DNA of 61,178 nt from Actinomycetota bacterium (GTDB taxonomy: Bacteria; Actinomycetota; Actinomycetes; S36-B12; UBA10799). Position 1 is the stretch's first letter; each line of letters begins with the position of its first letter. Under the pieces are notes generated by a model, which had not been told where the DNA came from, ran no database searches, and saw only the letters and a list, made by a program, of their open reading frames with translations. This document shows positions 26,416-36,868 of the stretch, piece after piece. The stretch is from NCBI GenBank assembly GCA_963169225.1, contig CAUJDH010000005.1:1-61178 (forward strand), written 5' to 3'. The translations under genes were made by a program, and so were the position numbers.

Positions 26416-28671
26416 ATGTCCACCTCACAGATTGCCGACGAGACGTCTGGCGACCTCGAGTTTCCGAGCCTCCAGGCACGAACTGGCCGATTCCGCTATG
26501 GGATGCCGCAATCCTTTGTGGGGAGTAAAGATGGTCGGCGGATCGCGTTCATCCGGTCTCGGTCGGGCACCGATTCTCGCGGCTGTATTTGGGTCGCCAA
26601 CCTGGATGAGTCAGGCGAGGTTGTTGAGCGGGTAATCGTGGATGTTGCGCACCCTGGCGGAGCTGCCGTGGATGACGTGCCAGAGGCCGAGAAGGCGCGG
26701 CGCGAGCGGCTTCGGGAGTCTGGCTCGGGAGTGACGGCGTTTAGTGCGAATGCTGAACTGACGCTATTTTGTTTTGCTTTTGGTGGGTCATTATTTGTTG
26801 CTGAAACGCTGGCCGGGACCAACGAGTTTGCAATTCGCATGCTGGAGGTTCCAGGTCCGGTCGTCGACCCACGTTTGAGTCCGGATGGTCGACAAGTCGC
26901 ATGGGTGGCCGGCGACTCGTTGTATGTGGCACCGATCGTTGGCGGCGGTTCTCGTTTGGTAGCCCAAGCCGACGGACCAGACCAGACAGTCGGCTTAGCG
27001 AACTTCTTAGCAGCCGAAGAGTTCAACCGCTTCCGCGGATTCTGGTGGTCACCTGATAGTTCTCAGTTACTGGTCGAGGAGGTTGATTCCTCGAACGTTG
27101 AGTTGTGGGAGATACCGACCGGCTCAAGTGAAGGCGAGGGTCGCAAGGTTCGCTACCCGGCGACCGGTACTGCAAACCCCACGGTAACGCTGGCAATTTA
27201 TGACTTGGCAGATACGAACGCTGGCGCTACCTCCGAACTCGCCTCATCGGCTCGGCGAGTTGAGGTAGACACCAGAGTGACCCACTATTCCGGGTCTGGT
27301 TTTCTTTTTGATTCCAAGTACGTGGTGACAGCATCGTGGCCTGCCGGAGCAGGGCCAGTAGTCACTCTCATGAATCGCAGCCAAACCGATTGCGCCACAC
27401 TCGTAGTGAACCCGACTACTGGCAAGCCAGAAGAAACGCACTATTACGTTCACGACAAACGATGGCTGGAACTTGTCGGCGGCACACCCTTGGCATTGGC
27501 CGACGGGGAGTTTGTGCTGACTGTGTCCGGCTCAGCTTCCGGCACCGTCGCTGTCGGTAATGATGACGGATACGAAGAAGTTGATCTTGGCGACTATCTG
27601 TTGCGCGCAGTCTATGGCAAAGTTGAAATCGAGGGTAAACAGGCGTTATTGCTTGGAGTCCATAAAGATTCAAGCGAGAATCATTTAGCCGTAGTTACTC
27701 TCGGATCGATTGGGGACGAGCTTGGCGAACTCAGACTACTAACATCCGGTGAAGCTTGGTATTCAGCATCGACTGTCGGAGCGAATCGTCTCGTAGTTAG
27801 CCGATCCACCATCGACTCGTTCGTTACCGAGTTCACTTGGATGGAACTCGGCGCTAATGGACTCACCCCGCTGGGCACCATCTCCACCGCCGCGGTAGCG
27901 CCCGAATTAACGCTCAACCTGGAACGCCATCTGGTTGGTCCGAACGAACTCAACACAACCGTCCAATGGCCGATGGGCCATGTGCCCGGGTCGAGTCGCC
28001 TACCAGTGATCATGAACCCCTATGGCGGGCCACACGCTCAGCGAGTAGTGCAGTCGGGCCGCGCATTCGCCGAGACCCAATGGCTAGCCGATCAGGGCTT
28101 CTGCGTCATCGTGTCGGATGTTCGCGGCGCTACTGGAAGAAGCGTTGAGGATCAACATTCGTTCTATCGCGATCTGGCTGATGGGCCGTTGAGCGACCAG
28201 GTCACTGTCATCGAATGGGCCGCAGCCAAATGGCCTGACGACATCGACTCGGATCGAGTCGGAATTATGGGTTGGTCATTCGGCGGCTACCTCGCAGCCC
28301 TTGCTGTGCTTCGTCGACCGGACGTATTCGCTGCCGCGATTGCAGGAGCGCCGGTCACTGATTGGCGGCTCTATGACACCGCCTACACCGAACGCTATCT
28401 GGGCCACCCCGAACAGGAACCCGAGGTTTACGAGAAAGCCAGCCTGATCCCCCTTGCGCCAGACCTCGAACGCCCGCTGTTGATCATCCACGGCCTATCC
28501 GATGACAACGTATTCTTCGAGCATTCACGGCTACTGTCCGAAGCACTCACCCAGGCCGACAAACCACACACTCTGTTGCCACTGGAAGACGTCACCCACA
28601 TGGCATCAAACACCGATATAGCGACAAATTTGCTAATTCAGCAACTTAACTTCTTCTACAACAATCTCTAG
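26416..28671 (+). CDS. S9 family prolyl oligopeptidase / dipeptidyl peptidase IV-like
   Basis: GFWWSPD, YGGPH, GWSFGG nucleophile, YDTAYTERYLG, HGLSDDNV. Confidence 0.92.
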   Translation: MSTSQIADETSGDLEFPSLQARTGRFRYGMPQSFVGSKDGRRIAFIRSRSGTDSRGCIWVANLDESGEVVERVIVDVAHPGGAAVDDVPEAEKARRERLRESGSGVTAFSANAELTLFCFAFGGSLFVAETLAGTNEFAIRMLEVPGPVVDPRLSPDGRQVAWVAGDSLYVAPIVGGGSRLVAQADGPDQTVGLANFLAAEEFNRFRGFWWSPDSSQLLVEEVDSSNVELWEIPTGSSEGEGRKVRYPATGTANPTVTLAIYDLADTNAGATSELASSARRVEVDTRVTHYSGSGFLFDSKYVVTASWPAGAGPVVTLMNRSQTDCATLVVNPTTGKPEETHYYVHDKRWLELVGGTPLALADGEFVLTVSGSASGTVAVGNDDGYEEVDLGDYLLRAVYGKVEIEGKQALLLGVHKDSSENHLAVVTLGSIGDELGELRLLTSGEAWYSASTVGANRLVVSRSTIDSFVTEFTWMELGANGLTPLGTISTAAVAPELTLNLERHLVGPNELNTTVQWPMGHVPGSSRLPVIMNPYGGPHAQRVVQSGRAFAETQWLADQGFCVIVSDVRGATGRSVEDQHSFYRDLADGPLSDQVTVIEWAAAKWPDDIDSDRVGIMGWSFGGYLAALAVLRRPDVFAAAIAGAPVTDWRLYDTAYTERYLGHPEQEPEVYEKASLIPLAPDLERPLLIIHGLSDDNVFFEHSRLLSEALTQADKPHTLLPLEDVTHMASNTDIATNLLIQQLNFFYNNL

Positions 28672-28701
28672 CAATTACTTCAGAATTGAAGTTGAGGTGA
28701 A

Positions 28702-30573
28702 CTACCCCTTATTAGCTTTGGAGCGTGCTTTGGCGCGGGTGTTCGCATCCAAGTGCACCTTGCGAATGCGCACAGCATCTGGCACTACCTCGATGCACTC
28801 ATCTTCGCGGCAAAACTCCAGCGCCTGCTCGAGACCCATCTGACGTGGCGGTGCTAGTCGCTCCAACTCGTCACCGGTAGCCGAGCGAACGTTGGTTAGC
28901 TTCTTCTCACGCACGATGTTGACATCCATGTCATCTGCGCGCGCATTCTCGCCAATGATCATGCCCTCATAGACCTCAGCACCAGGAGCAACGAACAGCG
29001 TGCCGCGCTCTTGGATCGCAAAGCTTGCGTAGGTCGTGACGGCACCAGAACGGTCGCTAACGAGCGAGCCGGACTGACGAGTACGCAACTCCCCGAACCA
29101 TGGCTCGTAACCTTCAAATACTTGGTGCGCCATGCCGGTACCGCGAGTGTCGGTGAGGAACTCGGTACGGAATCCGATCAGTCCACGGGCAGGCACCAGG
29201 TACTCCATGCGAACCCAGCCGGTGCCATGGTTGATCATCTGCTCAAGCTTGCCCTTGCGCGTGCCGAGCATCGAAGTGACTGCACCGACGTGTTCCTCAG
29301 GTGCATCAACGGTCAGACGCTCAACCGGCTCATACAGCTTCCCGTCGATCTCTTTGGTCACCACTTGAGGTTTACCAACGTTGAGTTCGAAGCCTTCACG
29401 GCGCATCATCTCGACCAGCACAGCTAGCTGCAGCTCACCACGGCCTTGAACCTCCCAGGTGTCGGGACGATCTGTTGGCAGCACACGAATCGAGACGTTA
29501 CCAATCAGTTCTTGGTCCAGGCGGCCTTTAAGTAGACGCGCGGTCAGTTTGTCACCAGACTTACCTGCCAGCGGCGAGGTGTTGATGCCGACAGTCATCG
29601 AGATGCTCGGCTCATCCACCGAGAACACCTCTAACGGCTGCGGATCGTTAATGTCAGCCAAGGTTTCGCCAATGGTGATCTCATCAATTCCTGCGACTGC
29701 GACGATGTCACCCGGGCCAGCAGACTCAGTTGGCTCACGGTCAAGGTTCACTGTCTTGAGTAGCTCTACGATTTTGACGTTCTGCACCGAGCCATCCCGA
29801 CGACACCATGCAACCTGGGAACCTTTGCGCAGGGTTCCGTTGTGCACACGACAAAGCGCCAGGCGACCCAGATATGGCGAGGCATCGAGGTTAGTGACGT
29901 GCGCCTGAAGCGGCATCTCGTCGTCGTATTCGGGTGCCGGAATCGTGTCGAGGATCGTCTTGAATAACGGTTCCAAGTCAGGATTGTCTGGAGCGCTTCC
30001 ATCAGCTGGTCGGTCTTCAGAGGCCGCACCAACCTTGGCTGCCGCGTAAACGATTGGGAACTCGATCTGCGACTCGTCAGCGTCAAGATCAAAGAACAGT
30101 TCGTAAGTCTCGTCTACAACCTCGGCGATCCGGGCATCCGAACGGTCGGTCTTGTTGACAACGAGGATCACCGGCAGCTTCTTCTCAAGCGCCTTGCGCA
30201 GCACGAAACGCGTCTGCGGCAGTGGACCTTCGCTGGCATCCACCAGCAGAATCACGCCATCGACCATCTCGAGCCCGCGCTCGACTTCACCACCAAAATC
30301 GGCGTGGCCTGGGGTGTCGATCACGTTGATGGTGACGGTTTCGCCGCCAGCAGCCGGACCTGAGTAGGCGACGGCCGTGTTCTTGGCGAGGATCGTGATG
30401 CCCTTTTCGCGCTCTAAGTCCATGGAATCCATGACACGGTCTTCAAGCTCGGCATGGGCGGCAAAAGCGCCGGTCTGCCTGAGCATTGCATCCACCATTG
30501 TGGTCTTGCCGTGATCAACGTGCGCCACAATTGCGATATTGCGGATGTCATTTCGAAGCTGAATAGTCACCAT
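28702..30573 (-). CDS. typA: Translational GTPase TypA/BipA (start may be GTG 30570)
   Basis: [49 protein letters not shown]. Confidence 0.97.
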   Translation of the reverse strand: MVTIQLRNDIRNIAIVAHVDHGKTTMVDAMLRQTGAFAAHAELEDRVMDSMDLEREKGITILAKNTAVAYSGPAAGGETVTINVIDTPGHADFGGEVERGLEMVDGVILLVDASEGPLPQTRFVLRKALEKKLPVILVVNKTDRSDARIAEVVDETYELFFDLDADESQIEFPIVYAAAKVGAASEDRPADGSAPDNPDLEPLFKTILDTIPAPEYDDEMPLQAHVTNLDASPYLGRLALCRVHNGTLRKGSQVAWCRRDGSVQNVKIVELLKTVNLDREPTESAGPGDIVAVAGIDEITIGETLADINDPQPLEVFSVDEPSISMTVGINTSPLAGKSGDKLTARLLKGRLDQELIGNVSIRVLPTDRPDTWEVQGRGELQLAVLVEMMRREGFELNVGKPQVVTKEIDGKLYEPVERLTVDAPEEHVGAVTSMLGTRKGKLEQMINHGTGWVRMEYLVPARGLIGFRTEFLTDTRGTGMAHQVFEGYEPWFGELRTRQSGSLVSDRSGAVTTYASFAIQERGTLFVAPGAEVYEGMIIGENARADDMDVNIVREKKLTNVRSATGDELERLAPPRQMGLEQALEFCREDECIEVVPDAVRIRKVHLDANTRAKARSKANKG

Positions 30574-30582
30574 AAGAGTGTG

Positions 30583-31608
30583 TCATGCAAGGTGGGGATG
30601 ATCTTGGGTGGCCGGAGAAAACTCCTCACTGGGTTGAGGAACAGAAGACTGGTCTCCATAGCTAATACTCAAACAACCCTCGGCTGCTAGGTCGGCATAA
30701 AGCCGAGCCAGCGCGTCTTCGTACGCCTCACCTAACTCTTTATCGATATCCGCCCTTAGTAAGGGCAGATGCCCAGGCAGGTCACTAACCTCACCAAAAT
30801 AAAAGCCTTGATCTGTTTCAAAGAAATCCAGGCGAACAAAAGGTCTCCGAACTGCTGCCGACAGATTCTCCGAAGCCGCCACAATCTCTGGAAGGAATCG
30901 CGGATAGGGCAACTGAAGTCCGTGTTTAACTAACGGTCGCACCCCCAGCAACTCGGTACCATCAGGCTTGAATCCTCTAACAGATACAGGGGTCTTGGCG
31001 CGCGAGCCATCGTCTGAGCGGACTTCGACATAGAAGACTTTGCCGTAGAAGCAAAACGTCTTAACATCGTAGGGAACTAGCGACGAACCGCCTTCAGGCG
31101 CCAAAAGATATTCTTCAGCAAAATAGCTCGCGATGGGCTTATGGCGAGCTTCAAGGCTCTCAACTATTTCTTTGCTACTTACGACATTGCCGGTAAGTCC
31201 GTCAATGAAATCTGCTCCAGAGCGAGTGAGTGGATACACACTGATCCCACCGCCACCCACCGTGCTCTTGACCACGAATCGCTCAGGTAGCGAATCCCAA
31301 TCTATCTTCGCAGGTATGCTCCAGGTTCCCAAAATCGCCGGCACCGAAACTCCATGGAGCCGAGCGAATTCTGCAGCATCATTTTTGAGATACAAATCGC
31401 GAGTCGGGTCACGGTATCCAGTCGAACTCCTCCCACGAAACTCGTCATAGTGATACTGAAACTCCGTCCGGAACGACGGGCGAAGATGCCGGAGTTCAGC
31501 GGACGTTTCCCCAGAATCATTCAGTCGATCACGTACATCTTGGAGTTCACTTGCAAGCGCATCGTTCACTGTGAACGGCGGGTTACTTTTCCTCCTGCCG
31601 AACCTCAT
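30583..31608 (-). CDS. TupA-like ATP-grasp fold amidoligase
   Basis: LPERFVVK, AEEYL, YDVKTFCFYG, PFVRLDFF, FYFGE..LPG, the PF14305-like pattern. Confidence 0.8.
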   Translation of the reverse strand: MRFGRRKSNPPFTVNDALASELQDVRDRLNDSGETSAELRHLRPSFRTEFQYHYDEFRGRSSTGYRDPTRDLYLKNDAAEFARLHGVSVPAILGTWSIPAKIDWDSLPERFVVKSTVGGGGISVYPLTRSGADFIDGLTGNVVSSKEIVESLEARHKPIASYFAEEYLLAPEGGSSLVPYDVKTFCFYGKVFYVEVRSDDGSRAKTPVSVRGFKPDGTELLGVRPLVKHGLQLPYPRFLPEIVAASENLSAAVRRPFVRLDFFETDQGFYFGEVSDLPGHLPLLRADIDKELGEAYEDALARLYADLAAEGCLSISYGDQSSVPQPSEEFSPATQDHPHLA

Positions 31609-32411
31609 ACTCGCTCCAACTCTTTGACAAAAACTCCACCCGGAATGCGCGGAGTCAATGCTCCTTGTTCAGCGATCGGAACCATCATGCGTGCGCGAGC
31701 TTCGTAAAAGAGCTTGCCAAGTCGTGCGTCTTCATCGGGCGTGAAATACGGCAGTCTTTCGGGAGCCACATCTAGTGCAACAAGAGTTGGTTGTTGGCCA
31801 TTGGTCCATGTCAGCTGAACGTAGGGGCGAGGGATGCCTAACGAAAGTTTGGCTGAGTCAGACAGCAAGACAGCCAAGACATCCTTGTCAACATCCAGCA
31901 TCGCATTAGGGTCACCTGACGTGTGGGGCCGAATCGGCCCCAAGTTGTCTCCATCCAGGTCAAACTGCGCCGTTATTAAATTCGAATTGTCAATCTTCTC
32001 AATCAAGCCCACGTCACCATAAAAACAATGAGTGACGTAGGTGACCTTCTCGTCGGCTAGTTCACCAGATTCGCCGGGACAACAAGTCACTCCGTGCGAT
32101 TCAGCGAAGCTGATCAGCTCGTCGGAATCGTGCACGAGGATGCCAGCGCCATCGAATCCGTTGCCGCCAGGAGCCTTGGCATGAACTCGAGCCATTGCTC
32201 GTTGACTTTGATAGAAGCTGGGGATTCCTCGTAGCTTTTCAACATTCTTGACTTTAAGCTTAGGCAAATTATTGTGAGCCGCAAGCCGAGTGAGGAGTTC
32301 AGCTTTTTGTTCCTGGTTCCGTCGTGGGGCCGGCCTGACCAGGCTCACACACAACCGCTTGATTCGGTGCGATAAGACGGGTCTATGCAATTGACTGTTC
32401 CCCGGAATCAT
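31605..32411 (-). CDS. Truncated, degenerate paralog of the adjacent ATP-grasp protein
   Basis: Colinear blocks PSF, FAESHGV, HCFYGDV, FDLDG..LGPIRP, RPYVQL, LP....D..LG match the neighbour. ATGA overlap with it. TATCAT lies 6 nt before the ATG. Confidence 0.7.
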   Translation of the reverse strand: MIPGNSQLHRPVLSHRIKRLCVSLVRPAPRRNQEQKAELLTRLAAHNNLPKLKVKNVEKLRGIPSFYQSQRAMARVHAKAPGGNGFDGAGILVHDSDELISFAESHGVTCCPGESGELADEKVTYVTHCFYGDVGLIEKIDNSNLITAQFDLDGDNLGPIRPHTSGDPNAMLDVDKDVLAVLLSDSAKLSLGIPRPYVQLTWTNGQQPTLVALDVAPERLPYFTPDEDARLGKLFYEARARMMVPIAEQGALTPRIPGGVFVKELERV

Positions 32412-32534
32412 CCGGCGATGATATCAACGGACTTCACCAAATCTCACTATTGAAAATAACAAGATCGAGACAGAACTACATAACGTCTCACGAGAGTGCA
32501 TCATTCAATACGACTACGGGATATCGTGGCTGCC

Positions 32535-33401
32535 ATGGTTACGGGCGACAGATGGAGTGCAGATTCCCCAGATATGGTCGTCCACGGCGACAACCTTGAG
32601 CTACTAGCTAGTCTGCCCAACGAGTCTTTCCAATTGGTTTACATCGACCCCCCGTTCAATACAGGAAAGAAACAAACTCGACAGAGTTTGCGAACCGTAC
32701 GCACTGAGGGTGGCTCGCGCATCGGGTTCCAAGGCAAGTCCTACAACACTGTCAAAGGGACTGTGTTCGGCTACAACGACGTTTTTGAGAACTACTGGGA
32801 ATTCTTGGAGCCACGACTTGAAGAGGCCTGGCGGTTGCTCTCACCTACCGGAACCCTGTACCTACACCTGGACTTCCGCGAATCTCACTACGCCAAAGTA
32901 TTGCTCGATGCTCTGTTCGGACGCGAATGCTTCTTAAATGAGATCATCTGGGCCTACGACTACGGCGCCCGCTCCAAGAAGAAGTGGCCTGCCAAACATG
33001 ACACGATTCTGGTTTACGTCAAAGATCCGTCGGCCTACTACTTCGACTCCCAGTCGGTAGATCGCGAGCCGTATATGGCACCTGGTCTCGTAACACCCGA
33101 AAAGGCTGAGCGAGGCAAACTACCCACCGACGTCTGGTGGCACACCATTGTCTCGCCGACGGGTAAAGAGAAGACCGGCTACGCAACCCAGAAGCCATTG
33201 GGAATACTGCGGCGAATCATCCAAGCCAGCAGTCAACCCGGAGATTGGGTGCTGGACTTTTTTGGTGGATCGGGAACCACAGGTGCTGCCGCCGCGGAGT
33301 TAGATCGACGTTTTTTGCTTGTCGACCAAAACCCGGAAGCCATTGAGATAATGCGTAAACGATTCAGCACACTCCCCGCTGTGAAGTTTGTTGAAAGCTA
33401 G
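32535..33401 (+). CDS. Orphan N4/N6 DNA methyltransferase (beta-class motif order)
   Basis: VYIDPPFNTG precedes VLDFFGGSGTT; YATQKP. Start trimmed to ATG 32535. Confidence 0.9.
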   Translation: MVTGDRWSADSPDMVVHGDNLELLASLPNESFQLVYIDPPFNTGKKQTRQSLRTVRTEGGSRIGFQGKSYNTVKGTVFGYNDVFENYWEFLEPRLEEAWRLLSPTGTLYLHLDFRESHYAKVLLDALFGRECFLNEIIWAYDYGARSKKKWPAKHDTILVYVKDPSAYYFDSQSVDREPYMAPGLVTPEKAERGKLPTDVWWHTIVSPTGKEKTGYATQKPLGILRRIIQASSQPGDWVLDFFGGSGTTGAAAAELDRRFLLVDQNPEAIEIMRKRFSTLPAVKFVES

Positions 33402-33787
33402 TTCGCCTTCTTGACTACGCTGGATTTGAGCTGCATCTTGCCGAATCCGGGAACTTTGGCATCGATGTCGTGACCGTTGCCGTTGTCGTCGATCAGGCGG
33501 ATTCCAGTGACCTTTGTCCCGACTTTGATCGTTCCACCTCCGCCACCTGAGACTTTGACACTCTTGACCAGCGTGACGGCATCTCCGTCGTTTAGGACAT
33601 TGCCAACCGCATCGCGGACCTGACCATCATCCTCTTTAGCCGAGTCATCATCTGCTTGGTGCGCTGCGGTCCATTCATGACCACACATCGGGCAAGCCAG
33701 GACAGGACCCGATTCGTAGCTGAACTCGCTCGCACATTCTGGACACGGCGGCAAAGAAACTTCTTGGTTCGAATTGTCATCAGTCAT
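33398..33787 (-). CDS. PhnA/YjdM zinc-ribbon domain protein
   Basis: LPPCPECASEFSYE ... CPMCGHEW, DAVGNVLNDGDAV, MQLKSSVVKK. Start at ATG 33787. Confidence 0.92.
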   Translation of the reverse strand: MTDDNSNQEVSLPPCPECASEFSYESGPVLACPMCGHEWTAAHQADDDSAKEDDGQVRDAVGNVLNDGDAVTLVKSVKVSGGGGGTIKVGTKVTGIRLIDDNGNGHDIDAKVPGFGKMQLKSSVVKKAN

Positions 33788-33873
33788 TCCAACAGCGTAC
33801 CGAGTCACCCGGCAATAGCTCCTCGTCACATTTTGGCTTGGCCACCAAGCGACTGTTGTTCTAGGTTTAAGTC

Positions 33874-34164
33874 ATGGCGTGGACTTTCGAGAGTGAGATC
33901 TACCTGTGGCATGCCGGCGAATCGTGGCATCTGTTGAATGTTCCGGAAGATGTTGCCGACGACATCGACGAGCAAGTACCTGACAAACGCGGATTCGGCT
34001 CCGTTCGGGTAAAGGTCACAATCGGATCCTTTGAATGGCAAACTTCGGTATTCCCGTCGAAGGAGCAAAGGACCTATGTGTTGCCCATCAAGAAGGCAGT
34101 TCGAACCGCAGAAGACTTAGCGGTAGGTGACCGAGCCCAGGTCACCTTGGAGATCGCGCAGTAG
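33874..34164 (+). CDS. DUF1905 domain protein
   Basis: RGFGSVRVKVTIG ... WQTSVFP ... YVLPIKKAVR. Confidence 0.85.
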   Translation: MAWTFESEIYLWHAGESWHLLNVPEDVADDIDEQVPDKRGFGSVRVKVTIGSFEWQTSVFPSKEQRTYVLPIKKAVRTAEDLAVGDRAQVTLEIAQ

Positions 34165-34259
34165 CTTAATTGGGCCGCCAACTGGTCATGCTCGAGTTTT
34201 GGCTACTTAGTTACCGGAATCTGCCTGGGAATGTCCGACCCTCGTGACATGCTTGGCGC

Positions 34260-35645
34260 ATGCCTGAAATCGTCGCAATTCTCATCGGTCTAGTTGTCGG
34301 TGTCGGCCTGGGTGCCATTGCTGGAGTTCTGTTCTCCCGCAGTAAATCCGCCGCCGCAGAGACACAGTCCGCCCAGACAATCGCACGGCTGGAAACGTCG
34401 CTGGACACCCAGCAGCAAGCGTTCGCTGAGCGTCTGGAATCTCAAGAACAATCATTCACTGAGCGCGAAGCTCTAATCCGCCAGAACAACGAAGAGGCAC
34501 AAGACCGAATCCGTAAAGATCAGGCTGCCCTGCGTGAGCAGTTTGAGGCGTTGGCAACCGATGCCCTCGACAGAAACAACAAGCGGTTCTTAAACGTGGC
34601 CAATGAGCAACTCAAAAACCAACAGAATGAATCCAAAGCCGAACTCGAGAAGCGCGAGACCGCGTTTCGCAATCTTGTGGAGCCAATGAAGGAGACCTTG
34701 AGCAAAGTCGAGAAGCAAGCCACCGAGGCAGAGAAGCAACGCGCTCTTACGCAGGAGTCACTCACACAGCAGATCCGCCAAATGATGGAGAAGTCCGACG
34801 AACTGGGCAAGTCAACCGAGTCACTTCGCAGCGCACTTCGCCGACCCGAAGTTCGAGGTCGATGGGGCGAGCTGCACTTGCGCCGCGTTGTGGAAGTCTC
34901 TGGTCTGGTCAACGGTGTTGATTTCGTAGAACAAAGTTCAAACACAGACGAAGAAGGCAAACGACTACAACCCGACATGATCGTCACGCTCTCTGGAGGC
35001 CGCAAGATTGTGGTCGATGCCAAAGCGCCACTCGATGCCATCCTTGATATTGATACTGATCCCGCTAACGCCGAGCATCACGCTCAACGTCATGTCAGCA
35101 ACGTCCGGAATCGCGTCAAAGAGTTGAAGTCCAAGAAGTACCGTGAACAGTTCGATTCCTCCATTGACTTCTCGGTGCTGTTCTTGCCTGCCGAATCGTT
35201 CTTGCAAGTAGCAACTGAACAAGATCCACATCTGCTCACCGATGCCTACGACGACGGCATCATCATCGCGACCCCTACCGTTTTGGTAGCCATGCTCCGA
35301 ACCGTGGCTCACACGTGGAAGGCAGAGTCGCTGGCTCAGAATGCTCAAGAAGTCCTCGATACCGGCAAGCAGTTGTACGACAGCCTGTCGACGATGGGAA
35401 GCCACTTGGAAAGTCTGGGCAAGCGGATCGATTCAGCCAGTGACGCATACAACAAGACTTTGGGTTCGCTAGAACGAAATGTCCTACCGAAGGCACGCAA
35501 GCTCTCTACCCTGCAAGAGCTTGAGGATCCGATTGAACTGTCGAGAACAGAGAAGAACGTTCGAGAGATCAATGCCCCAGAACTTGTGGTCTCGGAACCT
35601 GAACTAGCCGAGCTTGAGAAGCCTGAAGAATTAGACGTCCGCTGA
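34260..35645 (+). CDS. rmuC: DNA recombination protein RmuC
   Basis: N-terminal TM helix, coiled coil, RGRWGELHLRRVVE, PDMIV ... VDAK, DFSVLFLPAES, ATPTVL. Confidence 0.92.
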   Translation: MPEIVAILIGLVVGVGLGAIAGVLFSRSKSAAAETQSAQTIARLETSLDTQQQAFAERLESQEQSFTEREALIRQNNEEAQDRIRKDQAALREQFEALATDALDRNNKRFLNVANEQLKNQQNESKAELEKRETAFRNLVEPMKETLSKVEKQATEAEKQRALTQESLTQQIRQMMEKSDELGKSTESLRSALRRPEVRGRWGELHLRRVVEVSGLVNGVDFVEQSSNTDEEGKRLQPDMIVTLSGGRKIVVDAKAPLDAILDIDTDPANAEHHAQRHVSNVRNRVKELKSKKYREQFDSSIDFSVLFLPAESFLQVATEQDPHLLTDAYDDGIIIATPTVLVAMLRTVAHTWKAESLAQNAQEVLDTGKQLYDSLSTMGSHLESLGKRIDSASDAYNKTLGSLERNVLPKARKLSTLQELEDPIELSRTEKNVREINAPELVVSEPELAELEKPEELDVR

Positions 35646-35665
35646 TCAAATAGCCTAAGTACCAC

Positions 35666-36739
35666 CTAGACGTTGAAGCGGAACTCCACGACGTCGCCGT
35701 CAACCATCACGTAGTCTTTGCCTTCCATACGGACCTTGCCCGCAGACTTGGCATCGTTCATGGAACCAGCAGCTACCAGGTCATCGAACGAGACGATCTC
35801 TGCCTTGATGAATCCCTTTTGGAAGTCAGTGTGAATCACGCCCGCTGCCTCGGGTGCCGTCGCACCAACAGGAATTGTCCAAGCGCGGGCTTCCTTGGGA
35901 CCGGCGGTCAGGTACGTCTGTAATCCGAGGGTTGCGAATCCGGCTCGCGCCAAAATATCCAGACCCGGCTCGTCTTGACCCGCATCCGCTAGAAGCTCAG
36001 CAGCATCGTCGGCATCCAACTCAACGAGTTCGGACTCTAGCTGTGCGTCCAAGAACACAGCCTGCGCCGGAGCAACCAAAGCGGTGAGTTCGTCACGCAT
36101 GGCTTGGTTCTGTAACGAGTCGGTATCGACGTTGAATACGTACAAGAACGGCTTCGCCGTCAGAAGGAACAGCTCTCGCACAAGCTCGCGATCAACATCC
36201 GAGGAGAAGATCGTCTTGCCTGCATCAAGCGCTTCTTTGGCTTTGTTCGCGGCGTCGAGTACCTCGGCACGCTCTTTGTCTAAGCGCGCCTCCTTCTCAA
36301 GCCTGGGAATAGCCTTCTCGAGAGTCTGCAAATCGGCCAAGATCAGCTCGGTGTTGATCGTGTCGATATCGTCCTGCGGCGAAACCTTGCCATCTACGTG
36401 AGTGACATCGTCATCAACGAACACACGAACGACTTGGCAGATCGCGTCTGATTCGCGGATATTTGCCAGGAACTTATTACCAAGGCCTTGGCCTTCACTG
36501 GCACCGCGCACGATTCCGGCGATGTCAACAAAACTCACGGCAGCAGGTAACTGCTCAGCGCTACCGAAGATCTCGGCTAACTTCTCAAGCCGTGGGTCAG
36601 GAACGCCAACAACGCCAACATTGGGCTCGATAGTGGCGAACGGGTAGTTAGCCGCAAGCACGTCGTTTCGCGTCAGCGCGTTAAAAAGGGTGGACTTTCC
36701 GACATTTGGCAGTCCCACGATTCCGATAGTCAAACTCAC
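35666..36739 (-). CDS. ychF: Redox-regulated ATPase YchF
   Basis: GIVGLPNVGKSTLFNAL, NYPFATIEPN, DIAGIV, IHTDF, EGKDYVMVDGDVVEFRFNV. Confidence 0.97.
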   Translation of the reverse strand: MSLTIGIVGLPNVGKSTLFNALTRNDVLAANYPFATIEPNVGVVGVPDPRLEKLAEIFGSAEQLPAAVSFVDIAGIVRGASEGQGLGNKFLANIRESDAICQVVRVFVDDDVTHVDGKVSPQDDIDTINTELILADLQTLEKAIPRLEKEARLDKERAEVLDAANKAKEALDAGKTIFSSDVDRELVRELFLLTAKPFLYVFNVDTDSLQNQAMRDELTALVAPAQAVFLDAQLESELVELDADDAAELLADAGQDEPGLDILARAGFATLGLQTYLTAGPKEARAWTIPVGATAPEAAGVIHTDFQKGFIKAEIVSFDDLVAAGSMNDAKSAGKVRMEGKDYVMVDGDVVEFRFNV

Positions 36740-36826
36740 ACCACGAGATTACGCGACGGAAACCTCTCGGCCTTCCGACCCCCGGGTTGTTGTGCTGGTT
36801 TTACGGCACCTCGACGACGAGACCAA

Positions 36827-36868
36827 ATTAACTCTGCTCAAATAATTATTAACTCTGCTCAAATAATT
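36827..36868 (+). repeat. Perfect 21-bp tandem duplication
   Basis: ATTAACTCTGCTCAAATAATT at 36827-36847 and 36848-36868. Confidence 0.95.
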
